A stretch of 63,909 nt of DNA, the filler included, from Hyphochytrium catenoides (Eukaryota; Protista; Hyphochytriomycota): the NCBI GenBank assembly GCA_900088475.1. It is 15 parts of 15 records of this genome, joined end to end, with 100 filler letters (N's around TTAATTAATTAA, not from the genome) between each part and the next. Parts side by side here need not be neighbours in the genome. Positions count along the whole stretch, not along the records: positions 1 to 20,824 come from FLMG01002690.1; 14 more parts are not named here. One strand, given 5' to 3'. Shown piece by piece: positions 1 through 12,559 of this stretch. How positions within the stretch are numbered: position 1 is the stretch's first letter; each line of letters starts with the position of its first letter. The position numbers were made by a program, and so were the translations under genes. The notes beneath the pieces are model-generated. The model was not told the DNA's origin. It did not search any database and was given only the letters and a program-made list of their open reading frames with translations.

Positions 1-128
1 TGATGTGCGCTATCTCATGGACCCTGGCTGCCATCGCCGCTCTCTTCGTCAAAGATGAGTTCATGAGCAAGAGCAACATTAATGTAGTTCGGGATTCCCA
101 AGCCTCTCTCGTTGCGAGCAAGGTTTAA
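1..128 (+). CDS. 3' end of a probable membrane protein (partial)
   Basis: Open frame MCAISWTLAAIAALFVKDEFMSKSNINVVRDSQASLVASKV* looks like a last transmembrane helix plus short tail; family not identifiable. Confidence 0.25.
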   Translation, partial: MCAISWTLAAIAALFVKDEFMSKSNINVVRDSQASLVASKV

Positions 129-1014
129 CAAGGAAGATCGACATAGGGGGCGTCTTTTCTGAACTTTTCTGAAAGAGTGTCTTCGCAAGGATTGTGAACT
201 CGGTCAAGCTCCATCGGAGCCGACTGAAAGTGTTCGGACTCTTGGTGTCCAACAAATCGCATGGCTGGTTGTCGTTGGAATCCGCACGGGCACTATTATC
301 TTTTAGAGTTTTCTCAAAGTACTAAGCATTTCTAAATATCATGACTCTAGAATATCGTAAGACCTTCAGTACTGGGGCAGAGGAAGGACCTGCTTTAGGT
401 TCAGCATTTTCTTCCTTTCCTTTCCTCTACAAGCGTTTAGATTAAGGCTATTGTAATGTGGGGATGGATCTTCCATCGTCAATGACAGCCGCCCTTTACC
501 CTCTACATCTACCTCGCTGGAACAACGGAGTTATCGCCACGTACACACAGTGAACAGTCTAGTGAGCGTTTCCTGCAGCGGTGGCGAAGAAAACTGAGAC
601 AATTTGAGAGATCTGGAAAGTGGCGTCGACTTAGATCGAAAAGTGGGGAACTAAGATTTAAAAAAGGAATGTATAACAATTCACATGGAGCACTTGTTCC
701 CGTACAGGAATCACTGCGAGTACTAATACTTGCAGAGTGGTGGATTCATGGCACGACGTTTATCCCTTTTCTTCCTTCCTACCGAGAGAATTGTACGCTG
801 TCTACCTACAATGACCTAAAATGTGCCTCTATATGTTTTCATCGTCAATCAAAGGTTGGGCTGCACCACCTCTGTCGCAAAGGACAATGTAGCACCATCA
901 TGTGCTTGCGAATCTGCTGATCCGGGTGGCGCTCCGATGGTAATGCTTCTCCCTCCGATCCTGCCTCTAAGCTTGCATTACTGAACCTAGTCATTGAGGA
1001 CCTAACGCGGAGCC

Positions 1015-4000
1015 TTATAGGACATTTATGACAAAGAGCTTGATAGCAGTTCCATCGAATAGCGCCGGATCTGGCAGACCGAGGAAGAGAGGTGGTGACT
1101 CATTAGGAAGCACAAAAAGACAGGGCACAAATTCGACGGAGAATCCGGGGGTCCCACCTTGATTCCGCAAGAAGACGACGCCCCAGGCAAATGTTGTGAA
1201 CCAGAGATTGGTAAATTGATTGGGTTGATACTTCCGGATGACGATAGGATGGGGAACAGGCAGCAGTCCAACCTGTCATCAGAGGGAGCGTATTTAGCAA
1301 GGATCGGGAACATTACTTGAGCAAGATTTAAATGGTTTCACCAGCGTCGTATTCTGGAGAAACGCCATGATCGTCGGCTCATCAAGAGCTCCAGGATGCT
1401 GCCTCGCCAAGCTGTCGATTAGTGGCTCCATATGTTGCAGCAGTCGGAGCACCGTGCTCAGAGGAAGAGCGGACTTCCAGGAAGCTAGCCATTCCTCTGT
1501 GGGTACAAACTTGTGATCTGTAGAATGTGTGCTTAATCCTTCACGACAAGGGGCTTGCACGCCGTCAGAAGATAACCCTTACCGGTCCCAGACGGAGCGA
1601 TGGACGTACGATCCCCACGAAAGTCCGTCCCAACAGAGCCCACTTCAGAGTCTAGTAAAAACGAAAGTGAACTTTGAGAACATCGCAAACCATCAGGTGA
1701 AAAGTAATAACCGCAGCTTACGCTTATCGTCGATCTCTAATGCAGCTGCTGAGGTGTCTTCAGAAACCTGACCACGTCCAACATGAGCAAGTCGTGCAGG
1801 GATAGGATAAGTTACCTATAGACCTCACCTTGCCATCGCTGCCTTCGGACACTTGAGCTGCTTTAGGACGAATAACTGGAAGGGCCAAATCCCGCAGCCG
1901 AAAGAACAACTTCTTCTCCTGCATTATTGCATATACAAGAGTTTGATTTCCTGAGAGAGAGAGTTAGCCAGAGATAGACTCATGAGCAAGGATGAGTCGG
2001 TGAGCCGTGGTTACCTTCATATTGATATTGAATAACGTTATTGAATGTATCCAGTAGAAGAGCAATGTGAATATGGTTCGTAGGGTTCGACAGGAGAAAT
2101 CGCGGGGAGGAGAAAATCTTGAACAGTCGGAGCAGTCGCACTGCAGACACCTNNNNNNNNNNNNNNNNNNNNNNNNNNNNNNNNNNNNNNNNNNNNNNNN
2201 NNNNNNNNNNNNNNNNNNNNNNNNNNNNNNNNNNNNATTGGCGATGATAGTCAAGAAGCAGTTATATACTGCGCTGAGCTTCTCATACCCATTCACTACC
2301 AGCTTATGCAGGACAACAATCAGTAGATCCGCATGCGTTCCAGTAAATAGTGGAAGGTCTGCACCGTGCCCCGTCAGTGACGGCTACGAATTGGCCAAAT
2401 AAGAGGAGGATTACCTGTCGGTAACTTGATATCGAAGGGTTTATTGAGAGCGACGCCAAACTCTCGCTCTCCAGAGAGGAGGAGGATGATAAAGGTACAG
2501 ATATGGATCAAGCCCACCTGTAAGAGACCAACTCTTATAAACCGCGTTCTGTTTATTCTGTATGGCGCGATAGTCACATACCCTTGCAGCATCCTTTCTC
2601 CCGTCATACATAAGGTACAGTAACGGAACCAGTAGACGGTTGGAGTCTTCTGTCTTCAGCACTGTCTCCAAGAAGGACCGGTTCTCATCTAGAGCTTTCC
2701 AGAGCAGGACCAAAAGTTCCTTCCATTGTATATCAGTGCCAGGCTGGTCATATAGCACCATGCAAGGCTTATCGCAATACCTGGTGAAATTTGATCTTCT
2801 TGATTGAGTTCGGTAGGTAGGTATTATGGCTCTCATGAAGATTATTCAGGAGACGTGAGAAGCCATTATACAAAAATTGCAGATCCCGAGGTGCATTTCT
2901 GAGAGAGAATTGTACAGTCAGCAGTAAGCACTGCGGCTTAGACCAACCCAGGCCGCTAAAACTTACCCGCCCATGGTTCGAAGGTGATACCGGAAGACAT
3001 TATAGCCCGCAGTGCCCGGCTCAAACGATGCAGTTGCTGCATCTTCTGCAGAGGCTATTTCTCGTCTTTCTTCTGCAGGAGAGCTGGACAACGACTGGCA
3101 AGAACACTTAGGACTTCCAATGAAGACATCATAATCGTCGTCTTTGCTGTGACGTACCTCCCGAAAACCTCTCTCTGGATACCCATAGTCCAGGAGAACT
3201 ATAAGGACCTGAAGCTTAAGGTAAGTGCCAACTTCTAACAGACCATTTATAGGCATCGCTGGACTACCTGAATTGAACTATCAACTAACAGCTCTCGATC
3301 ATCCGCTACTATGGCACCCGCGTACGGCACCCCCCAGCCCACGGGATCGTAAGTAAGAACCGTGTTCAGTAGAGAATAGAAGAGGGTAGGAGCGAGCTCC
3401 GAACTGTGCTCACAAATACGCCGTAGCCAATGGTTGGCACACTGGTCATGCTCCTCTGCAGATGACCTCTGAGTGGCAAAAACTTCCCAGGGTCAAATCA
3501 ACAGTAATCACGGACCTGGAGGATGGAAAAGGGTTTCTGACATGCAGACCAGCAGTAGCTTCAGCACCTCCACCCGGTTACGATCAAGCTGGGCGTTACT
3601 CTGGGTGAGGCAATTACTGACAACGACTCCGGGAAACCTACAGGGCGAAACTTAACAGGGATCTTCCTCGCACTCAGTAACAGCCCAGCCTACCAGACGA
3701 GTGGTTCATAGACCACCTTGGGGTCCAAAGGGTCTTGGGCAGAATTTCTAAGCCGTGCGGCCTGTGGGATAGGTTAGACTATGGGTGAAATCTTAAAGGC
3801 CTCCTGGCTGATGGTGATACGACTTCTCCCTACCTGGTAAGCGCTGTATGCAGGCCCAGACACAGTGAAGTCAGGCATGAATAGAAGTTTCACGGTGCTC
3901 AAGACTAAGACTTCCGCGAGGGGAGACTGCTCATCCGCTTGGCTCCAGAAGAGGTTCTCGATAAGCTCGTCATCTGAATTTATCATGTCGGTGCGGAGGT

Positions 4001-4466
4001 GTACAGTAAAGTGAAGGTCACGGTACTTACAGGGATCTGTTATGGAGAACGAGACCAGTCGCGTCAGGAGTCTGACACAGTTCAGTGCCTCATTATATTT
4101 GGCATGAGCCGGGTCTCTCACTATCGCTGCCAAGCGTTGTACCGCCTATCAACGGTTTCCTAGTGTCAAGGCGTCGCAGAGTAGCGTAGAGGCGCTGAAG
4201 TACTCACCTTCTTAATCAACAGACATAGGTTATCTGGCATCTTTCGCCGTAGGATACGAACATCGTCCACCTGGATCAGGGAGATAACCTCCTGCGACAA
4301 AAGTCAGAAGCCAGGACGATCGAGAGTTATGACCTTGACGCACCTCCGCTGTGGTCGGTAGAGCCCAAAGCTTAGTCCAAAACTCTGCGTTGGCGTCATC
4401 CAGCTGTTCCTCTGTAAGCTTGTGCACTACATCCTGAAACTTCACCCTACTATTGGAGGCTCCCAT
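1015..4466 (-). CDS. HID1: HID1 domain protein (high-temperature-induced dauer formation / Ecm30 family), multi-exon
   Basis: N-terminal myristoylation-type MGASNS; ALNCVRLLTRLV; WKELLVLLWKALDENRSF; VGLIHICTFIILLLSGEREFGVALNKPF; GYEKLSAVYNCFLTIIAN; FVPTEEWLASWKSALPLSTVLRLL; C-terminal LVGLLPVPHPIVIRKYQPN...WGVVFLRNQ/DPALFDGTAIKLFVINVL* (stop 1015-1017). An N gap lies at 2153-2236. Confidence 0.92.
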
Positions 4467-6356
4467 TGTGCTAAACGAGAAGTTACCAGAGCTACAGGCA
4501 AAATCAACGGAACCCGATCAGTTCCTTAGCCAGCATAAGGGCGTTGTTGGGCAAGTGGGAGGACTATAGGAAAGCTAGGAAGTATGCCGGCTAGCCATTT
4601 CTTGTACCTCTGAGCTTGTCGCCAGGTGCTAGCGCCACCACATGGAAAGCATGCACACGGTCGAGCAGCCAAGTGTCCTCTCTCTTCACCCTTGGTCAAT
4701 ATGTGCAAGTGTCTGTCATGACAATTCTTCTTCCTGCTTCGCCAGAGCTTCTTCCGCCTGTTGCCGCTTGTGTCTCCTGTCGGCTTCCGTCATTATTGCC
4801 GTCGGTTTGTCTTCCCGTCAAACAGCCCAATGAATAAATAACCCCTGATATCGTACAATGTGCAGAAAGAACTAGTTCCTACATGACGGCATGAGAACTG
4901 ATGCCGGAGGCTGATGCTATAGCTTTCTACAGTAACTGGTACTGTGCACCAAGTGATTAACCAGAGAATTGATCTACTTTTAGGTCATTTTTTCGTGCTT
5001 CATCAATAAATCAGACGGTGGTCTCTCCCCCAACAGATAAAGAGGCTTCATCATGAGACGAAGCTTCTTCATCGCTGAAAGCAAGAGACATGTCTGTGGG
5101 TCTCTGAGGTGGTCCCATAATAGATACTCACAGTGAAGAAAGGCTCCCGACACCGACATCATCGATGTCTTTGACTTCATGATCACTGCAGCGGTCAGAG
5201 TATCGTGATTATGCCTATCAGTCAGCTGTTATCGAGATTAAAAAGCCTCGAGACGGCAAGAGTGATGGTGGGGAGTAGACCATCCGCCTTGCATAAAATC
5301 TGCTCTCACAATATTACACTTCTCTTGTATAAGAATAGAACAGTGTAGAAGCGGCGGCTGACAGGCCCATTCTGCATCTGTGGAAGGATAGAGAATGTGG
5401 TGTAGGTAGACGAGAAGCTACCATCGGTGGTCAGCAGGTCCCAACATAATGATTGGCTTTGATTTATCCGCTTGTGCTGGCTGGTTAAGGGCGAGACGCA
5501 TTGGTATCAGGGCCACATAGTTAGATATACTGCTGTCCACCACCGAGACATAGGCATTATTCAGGCTCACATCTGCTTCACAAGAAGCATCAGTTCCTCA
5601 TCTTCTTTAGTCTTATATGCATTAGCGCCCGGAATCATCATTGTCACTATCCACCCTCGATGGCAAGAGCCAGGATGACACCAAAAGGGCTAGCGCCCCA
5701 TGATCGGGAGGACGCAGGTACAGCGTTAAGAGCTGTTACCTGACGTACCATCAAGTCTGCAACCTTGAGAAAGGTTGACAGCTCACTGCTCTCCGCAAAG
5801 CCGAAGAGTGGAAATCGCCCGCATGGTGAGTTACGGTTGGGTGTTGCGCGTTAAGGTTGACCCCAGAACCACCGGAGAATGTAAAACAGAGGCCCACTGA
5901 CAGATTGTCATGATACTTCTAGCTGCGGCACTCTCTAGGATAAAACTGATGGTTCTCAACTTATCAAAATAGCGCAATCAGCGCGAGGAAACTTTGTGGC
6001 TACGCGAAAGTGCAACTATTACTAAGACGTACAGAGTCAATGACTATGTTTGCCTGCACCCATAATTCAAAGATGACCTGGGGCCAAAAGCAATAGGCAA
6101 AGATGGGCTGAGAACAACTACTTACGACCGTCACTGCTGCTCTGTCTGTCGCAAGAGTTTCCTATTGCTTGGACAAAGTAGGCCATTCTTGCCAGGGTAA
6201 CGTACGACGAGGGAGTCGTCGAAGCAGCTTATCCCTAGTAGAGTATGCCATCCAGCATTGCGTGAAGTCGATCTCTAAGGAGGTGATAAGCGCTGTCGAC
6301 CTAGAACCTGCCAATAAATATGTGGATGTGCCTTCTGCACCAATCTCCGCCGCCTG

Positions 6357-7004
6357 CTATGATAGCTTGAGCTCTTCAAGCTCCCGTTCGTACTGCTGAA
6401 CCTGAAGCTCAAGAAGCTCATCTTCGTAAGCTCGTAGCTGTTCGTACTCTTGCAGAAGAGCCTCCTCTACAGTCACAGGAAGGGAGAAAGGTAGTGAGTA
6501 TGGGGCTTTGCGGAAAGCCGTTGGGGCGATTGCTGCTACCTTCCATATCTGCCTCTTCCGCAAGGAGATCCTCCAGATATTTCTTTACATCTTCGTAATC
6601 TTCGCCGCTTAAGGGGTTCCGGGGAACACTAGGCGAGCTCATGGGAGACCGATGGACCTCCAAGCTGGAGCTCGATCCCTGGCTAAGCATGTCTATTTCT
6701 GACTCCTGCTGGAGCAGATATTCAGCTTCGATGATGTCCGACAGAGCTACCTTTACGTCACTCAGAGCCTGACAAGAGTACCGTCAGGACTCAAGGCAGC
6801 TTATAGCATCATCGGGCCGATCGAACCTACCTTGGTGCAGGCATTCGGGTCTCCAAGACCGCGGAGTTGTGACACCCTTTTCCGACGTTCACTTCGCATA
6901 CGCTCTGCGCATTTCTGCATTAACGAATCCTTCCACGCTGTGGGTGAGCGGTATGTAAGTGCAGTCCTTGTAGCTTTCGCTTTGACAGCTTCAGGGTCTT
7001 TCAT
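6357..7004 (-). CDS. RPAIN: RPA-interacting protein (RPAIN/RIP)-like, multi-exon
   Basis: YRSPTAWKDSLMQKCAERMRSERRKRVSQLR matches the RPA_interact N-terminal motif (W-K-x5-C-x-x-R-M-R). It is followed by acidic helical exons (EDYEDVKKYLEDLLAEEAD; EEALLQEYEQLRAYEDELL). Confidence 0.7.
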
Positions 7005-8192
7005 GGTCGCTGCTGCCGGATGGGCGACTGCAATCACCATCGTTAGACCGTTGGTCGAGAGTTTCTGAGTAGAAGACCCAGCGTCACAGCGACTACTCTC
7101 AGTGGCTGTTGCAGGGGAGTGTATGGATGAGTATGTCAAAAGAGAGCAAAGCTTTAACTGACATGAGCTCGCCGCTATGGTCCCTGCTCTATGATTGCAG
7201 AGCAACAGATCCCTTCCCTAAGAACTTCATCATCAGAAGAAAGAGAAGTGCTACAGCTTTCCACCCTGATTATCTTACACCAGTGTTACAAACACTTGGC
7301 GCGAAACTCCTCTTCCAACCCAGCTTGGTTTGTACTGCCTTTAACTGGTATAAATGAAGGTAACTTTGGGTAAATCTCTGTGTTATACCCTTAAGATGGG
7401 GGTTACCGGTTGCTTAGAGTGTTATTTACCGGCACTGATTAGGAAGGTTGCTTCTTAGGGCGCGCCTTTTGTCCTGTTTGAGAGATTCAAAATCTGGCGG
7501 CGACTTCTTCACTTGTCTCTTCATCATCTTCAAGGTGCTTGGTTACCCTATAGAACTAGATAGTAGAGACGGACGGGAGATTGCTGTTCTCCAGCTGTTC
7601 AATCATTCTTCGACGCTTTGACGTGATACTAGCAGCGAGCGGCAGCTATAAAAGTCTAGAGAAGAGTGCTGTTCATCGGTTCCTACTACTGCGCCCGGCA
7701 CGAACGGCAGCACAACTTCGCATCATAGAGTTACTCGAATTAACTCAGATAATAGTCAATCGAAGGTAGCCCTACCAGAGATCACTAGCGCTCCAGAGAT
7801 AATCGGAGACTCTCGCCTACTTCAAGCAGCGACTAAACATCCCTTTTAATGAGGAATTTTGATGCTGTCAAATTTGGCTGACATGGCTTCCGCTCTTTAT
7901 AGAGTGGTCCTCCAGCGACCACCAGCAACTAGCTCCACGGCATAAGCCTACTTCGTAGATTTGGAGTGGTGTCACTGCTCTACCATGAGTGCAGTTACAT
8001 ACTTCGCATACAAAGGTGTCGGTGCCACACAGCTATCGTCGCACATCTGACTTTTCAGGCCGTTTCTTCTCAATAGTGGTTGTCGTTTATTTAGTAGCGT
8101 CCATGAAGGTACATCACCTTCTGTTCAGAGGACAGGCAGCTAGCGCCCGTCGCTAAAGTAAATGCTATGCCGGAGATCTTGAGCCAGTAACC

Positions 8193-11100
8193 CTACTCAA
8201 ACTCCATCAATATTTGGTCAACCTTGAGGGTGGCACCTTCCTTGACCTTGATTGCCTTCACCTGTACATGAGCACATCTTAGACCAAGGAGAACTTTAAG
8301 GCCGGTGGCCAGGGCTCTAATCAAAACTTGCCTTGCCATGCTTGGGTGCACGAAGAATGTTCTGCATCTTCATCGCCTCTACGACACACAGCTCCTCCCC
8401 AGGCTCCACCTCCTGGCCTTCCGACACGCTCAATGACACAAGCATTCCAGGCATTGGGCATTGAAGGAAGCGCGATCGGTCCGTCTCCGGCTTCTTGATC
8501 ATATATTTGGCATAGTTCTGCTGCTCAGGCGTCCGAAGGATCTAGAGCAAGAGAGACAACGGATTGGTGAAAGCCAAACCTAGGAAACGCAATGTTCAAA
8601 GACCGCCTACCAAGTGCTCGATAGCTCCGTGAAACTGGACAGTGTAGCCCTCTGGGTCATTGGAAAGGAGCTGCATAGCTACTACCTTTCCATTAACGGT
8701 TGCCTAGTAGAAACAGAATAAGAAGCATAGGTTAGGAGGAACCTGGCCTCCTTACAATTGTTAAGGAAGGTGAGTTACCGTAAGCTTGATGCTCCCCACA
8801 GGCCAGTCGACGTTTTCAACAGTGATTTTTTCACTCTCTCCTTCAGAATCTTGAATGGAGAAGACAAAGCGGGTCCCTGCAGTAGTTAAGTAACAATAAT
8901 GAGTCCCGCATTACTATCGGTTTTACGCGAACGAGCAGCAACACTTGCCGTCAGGGCTCTGTTCTTCCAGCTTGACTTGGTTAGGCGCACCGAAGGCACC
9001 TCCACGAAGACACACGAGCTCCCTCAATGGCTTATCGTGGTAGCTGCCTAGTCTGCCAGTGATAGACCGAGTCTTCTTGCTCTTCAAAATCTGAACGATG
9101 CTACCTAACGCGTACAGCTCACGGGTTTCCTTGGCGGTGAGTTTGACACCCTTGAAGCCTTCAGGATATTCCTCAGGAATGAACTTCGTTGTGATGCTGC
9201 CCTCACGGAAGCGTGGGTGCCGGATAAGATCCCTTAGGAAAGTAATGTTGCTGATAGGCCCGCGAATGACATATTCATCCAAAGCTTTCTCCATACGGTC
9301 CAAAGCTTCCTTTCTGTCCTTTCCGTGTGTCACGAGCTTTGAGATCATCGGATCGTAGAACATACTGATCTCACTTCCCTCCACAATCCCAGAGTCACAG
9401 CGGACACCATCCAGGTGGGTGGGCTCCTCATAAGAGATAAGGCGGCCGGTTGACGGTAGGAAGCCGCGAAGAGGATCCTCAGCGTATACTCTGCTCTCAA
9501 TGGCCCAACCTAGAAGAGATCAACCTTGTTAACGCACTAAACTTAACCGGGCCATGGCCACACGTACCATGAATCTTAATTCCATCAACTAGGGGCTTGG
9601 GCAGAGGATGCCCAGCCGCAATCCGAATCATTTGCTCCACAAGATCAACCTAAGGGAACAAGCGGTCAGCACCATTCGCTTCAAATACCCATTGGTCATT
9701 AGGAGGACCTATCGTCATAGAAAGGGAGAATAAACACCGGAGAGTTTGCTTGCCTTGCTGATCTCTTCCGTGACAGGGTGTTCCACCTGGAGTCTCGTGT
9801 TCATCTCCAGGAAGTAAAAATTTTTGTGTTTATCGCACAGCATCTCCACAGTGCCCGCCGACCTGTACTGGACCGCTCTTGCCAGCATAGCAGCTTGCTC
9901 CTGCATCTTCTTTCTAGTCTCGGGATCCAGAAGTACGCTCGGTGCTTCCTCAATGACCTAAAAGACAGGATGCAATAGGGTCCTTCTTGTCAGTGCTCGA
10001 CGTTAGGTATGACCTTGAGAGCAGGATATAGAAAACATAGCCCAGAGCCGACCTTTCCAGAAGAGCTACAGGAGCTAGGTTAACGAGGGGCGGCTTTGCG
10101 AACAAACCTTTTGGTTCCTTCTCTGAATTGAGCACTCACGCTCAGGGAAGGTGGCGACGTTTCCGTGCGTGTCTGCGAGCAACTGAATCTCAATGTGACG
10201 AGGATCCTCAATGAACTTCTCGACAAAGAGCCGGTCATCGCCGAAAGCGCTGTAAGACTCCTCTGAGGACAGTCTGTGACGAGGATGAAACTTGAGCATC
10301 AGCGTAGATAATTGAACGAAAGAGACGATATGGCAGACCTGAAACCCTCCCGCGCCTCATCGTCGTTGTAGGCAATTCGCATACCCTTACCACCGCCTCC
10401 GGCGCTAGCCTAAAGCATAGATGAGCATCGATTAGATTACATCGGTCTCAACCGTCTCCTCTGCGAGTGAAGCTATAAGAAAAGAGGACGGGAACATACC
10501 TTGATCATGACAGGATAACCGATCTCTCTAGAAATCCGCACGCACTCCTCCTCATCCTTCAGGACACCTTGATATCCAGGGATTGTGTTAACCTATAGAT
10601 GACCAGAAAACATTCTTGGTCAGCGAAGTATAGTCTGGATGATAGATACCCTATGACCATAGTAGGCCATACGACAGTAGGCAATAGGACTCTGTGTAGA
10701 GCTCTCCTCGAGCAGTCTCTTCTCTTGCGAATGTAGGGCTTGACCACAGATCACAAGCGCACTCACCCCGGCCTTAATAGCAATGTCCTTAGACTGAATT
10801 TTGTCGCCCATCGCATGGATGGCATGGACATCAGGCCCGATGAAGGCAACTCCTTCTTGCTTTAGCGCCTGACAAAAATCTTTGTTCTCTGACAGAAAGC
10901 CATATCCCGGATGAACCTATAGAAGCAGTAAATCAGCGGTCTTACATCAATCGACCACTGGCTCTAGCAAACTTGGAGGAAACTCGGGCACTGGCAAACA
11001 CTTCGTCACCTACCGCCTGAGCTCCAGTTTGCTTGATCGCCTTAATAATGTTCGGGATATTAAGATAGCTCTCATTGGACGCGGCCGGACCAACGCAGAC

Positions 11101-11449
11101 GGCCTATAATGAAGGGTGGGGAGATTGGTGAGGTATTGATAGTGGTATGTTAGAGCAACAATCGCCAAAAAGTAAAAGTTAGGTCCGTCCTCTTAAAGTC
11201 CATTACCTCGTCAGCCATGCGGACGTGCAGTGCATTGGCATCAGGCTCAGAGTATATGGCGACTGTCCGGATGCCTAGCCGCTTGCAGGTCTTGATAACA
11301 CGACATGAGATCTCACCACGATTGGCAATGAGAATCTTGTCGAATAGTTTGCTCTCCTGAGCATGGGCAGTCGCGAATCTCTTCGCTAGACTCAAAATAC
11401 CGACGCCTCTAACAGGCGCCCGGCGCTGTAAGCTTTTTAGATGCCACAT
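8193..11449 (-). CDS. PCCA: Propionyl-CoA carboxylase alpha chain, mitochondrial (biotin carboxylase + biotinyl domain), about 13 exons
   Basis: Transit-like N-terminus; [18 protein letters not shown]; MGDKIQSK; [21 protein letters not shown]; [12 protein letters not shown]; [18 protein letters not shown]; [17 protein letters not shown]; PMPGMLVS...[13 protein letters not shown] biotinylation motif; stop at 8193. Confidence 0.93.
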
Positions 11450-12559
11450 CGCTCTCTGCCTAGCTGAGACTCACTCTCTGTGCACCCTGCTGTCTGAAAT
11501 CTTTGAAATGCAGGTGATTTAACTCTGTGAACTGATGGCAACTTAGCCAGCGGACCTGCTGCTGAGGCCAAATGACAGCGCAGGATGCTGGCGAGGATGA
11601 TGCGCGTGCGGATCCTTTCTGGTTCTGATCTTACAGCACCCACCCTAGGGGATACCCCGCATGCACTATGTGACCGGGGATCCAAACCAAACTGCGTATT
11701 AGAAGAGTAAGAGCCAGGTATTGGGGGTAATCTCCGTTCACTCGGTGTGCTGTCGAAGAAGGTCACCTGCGGTTGAAGGTGAAGCCCTGACTCTGTCCCC
11801 TCCTCCTACCGCCAAGACCTTTTGACTTGCCCACGTATAACCTGTCAGAAGGGTCCGGGAGCATTATCCTAGTAATTATCCCATTTGTGGGTTTGAGGTG
11901 GAGGTGCCCCGCATAGAGAGGTTTTCCACTACCATGATAGTAGAGAGAGGGCAGGCACGAGACAGGGGACCGGGAGTGCACAGAGCCGCTGCGGCCGGGA
12001 CAGCAGGTCTGCACCTTGTCAACCCAGGAGCAGGAGCGATGATGGCCTGGTGAGGAGAGGCAAATGGGCGGATGGTGCCAAGAGAACAGACTCCTGGCGC
12101 AGCAGAGCGTTTCCAAGAGCAAGACACCATGATCTACTTTTGCTTTGACCATCTCTCGCCAGTTGTACCACTTCTTCTTTCATCACATCAGCCATCCAGA
12201 AACCGTGTTCAAACGGCTGGCAGCATGAAGCTCGCAACTCTCAGCTGATGTGGCCACTTTGTACTTATATTGCTTCTTGGGAGGAAGGGACAGCAGTAAC
12301 TAGGAATAGCTAAGGTCTTCTTGGTGCCCATGCTGGGAATGGACACTATTATCAACTCTAGGGCTCCGTAGCGGGGGTAAAAAAGTTCAGCGACGCAGAG
12401 GGTGCTCGGCTTATTGCTGGAGCTCTATACGACATAACAAAAGAGGCATCACACTTACACACTTCGTACTTGTAACAAATATCTGTCTCCTTGGATAGCC
12501 AAGGTCATCCTGTTCAACTCCACTACTACCAAAATCGGATCTTTTTGGCTATTTCCCTG

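Noticed and set aside
4600-6150. Short ORFs between HID1 and RPAIN (also 7100-8100 and 11500-12500)
   Set aside because: No recognisable motifs or convincing exon chain.
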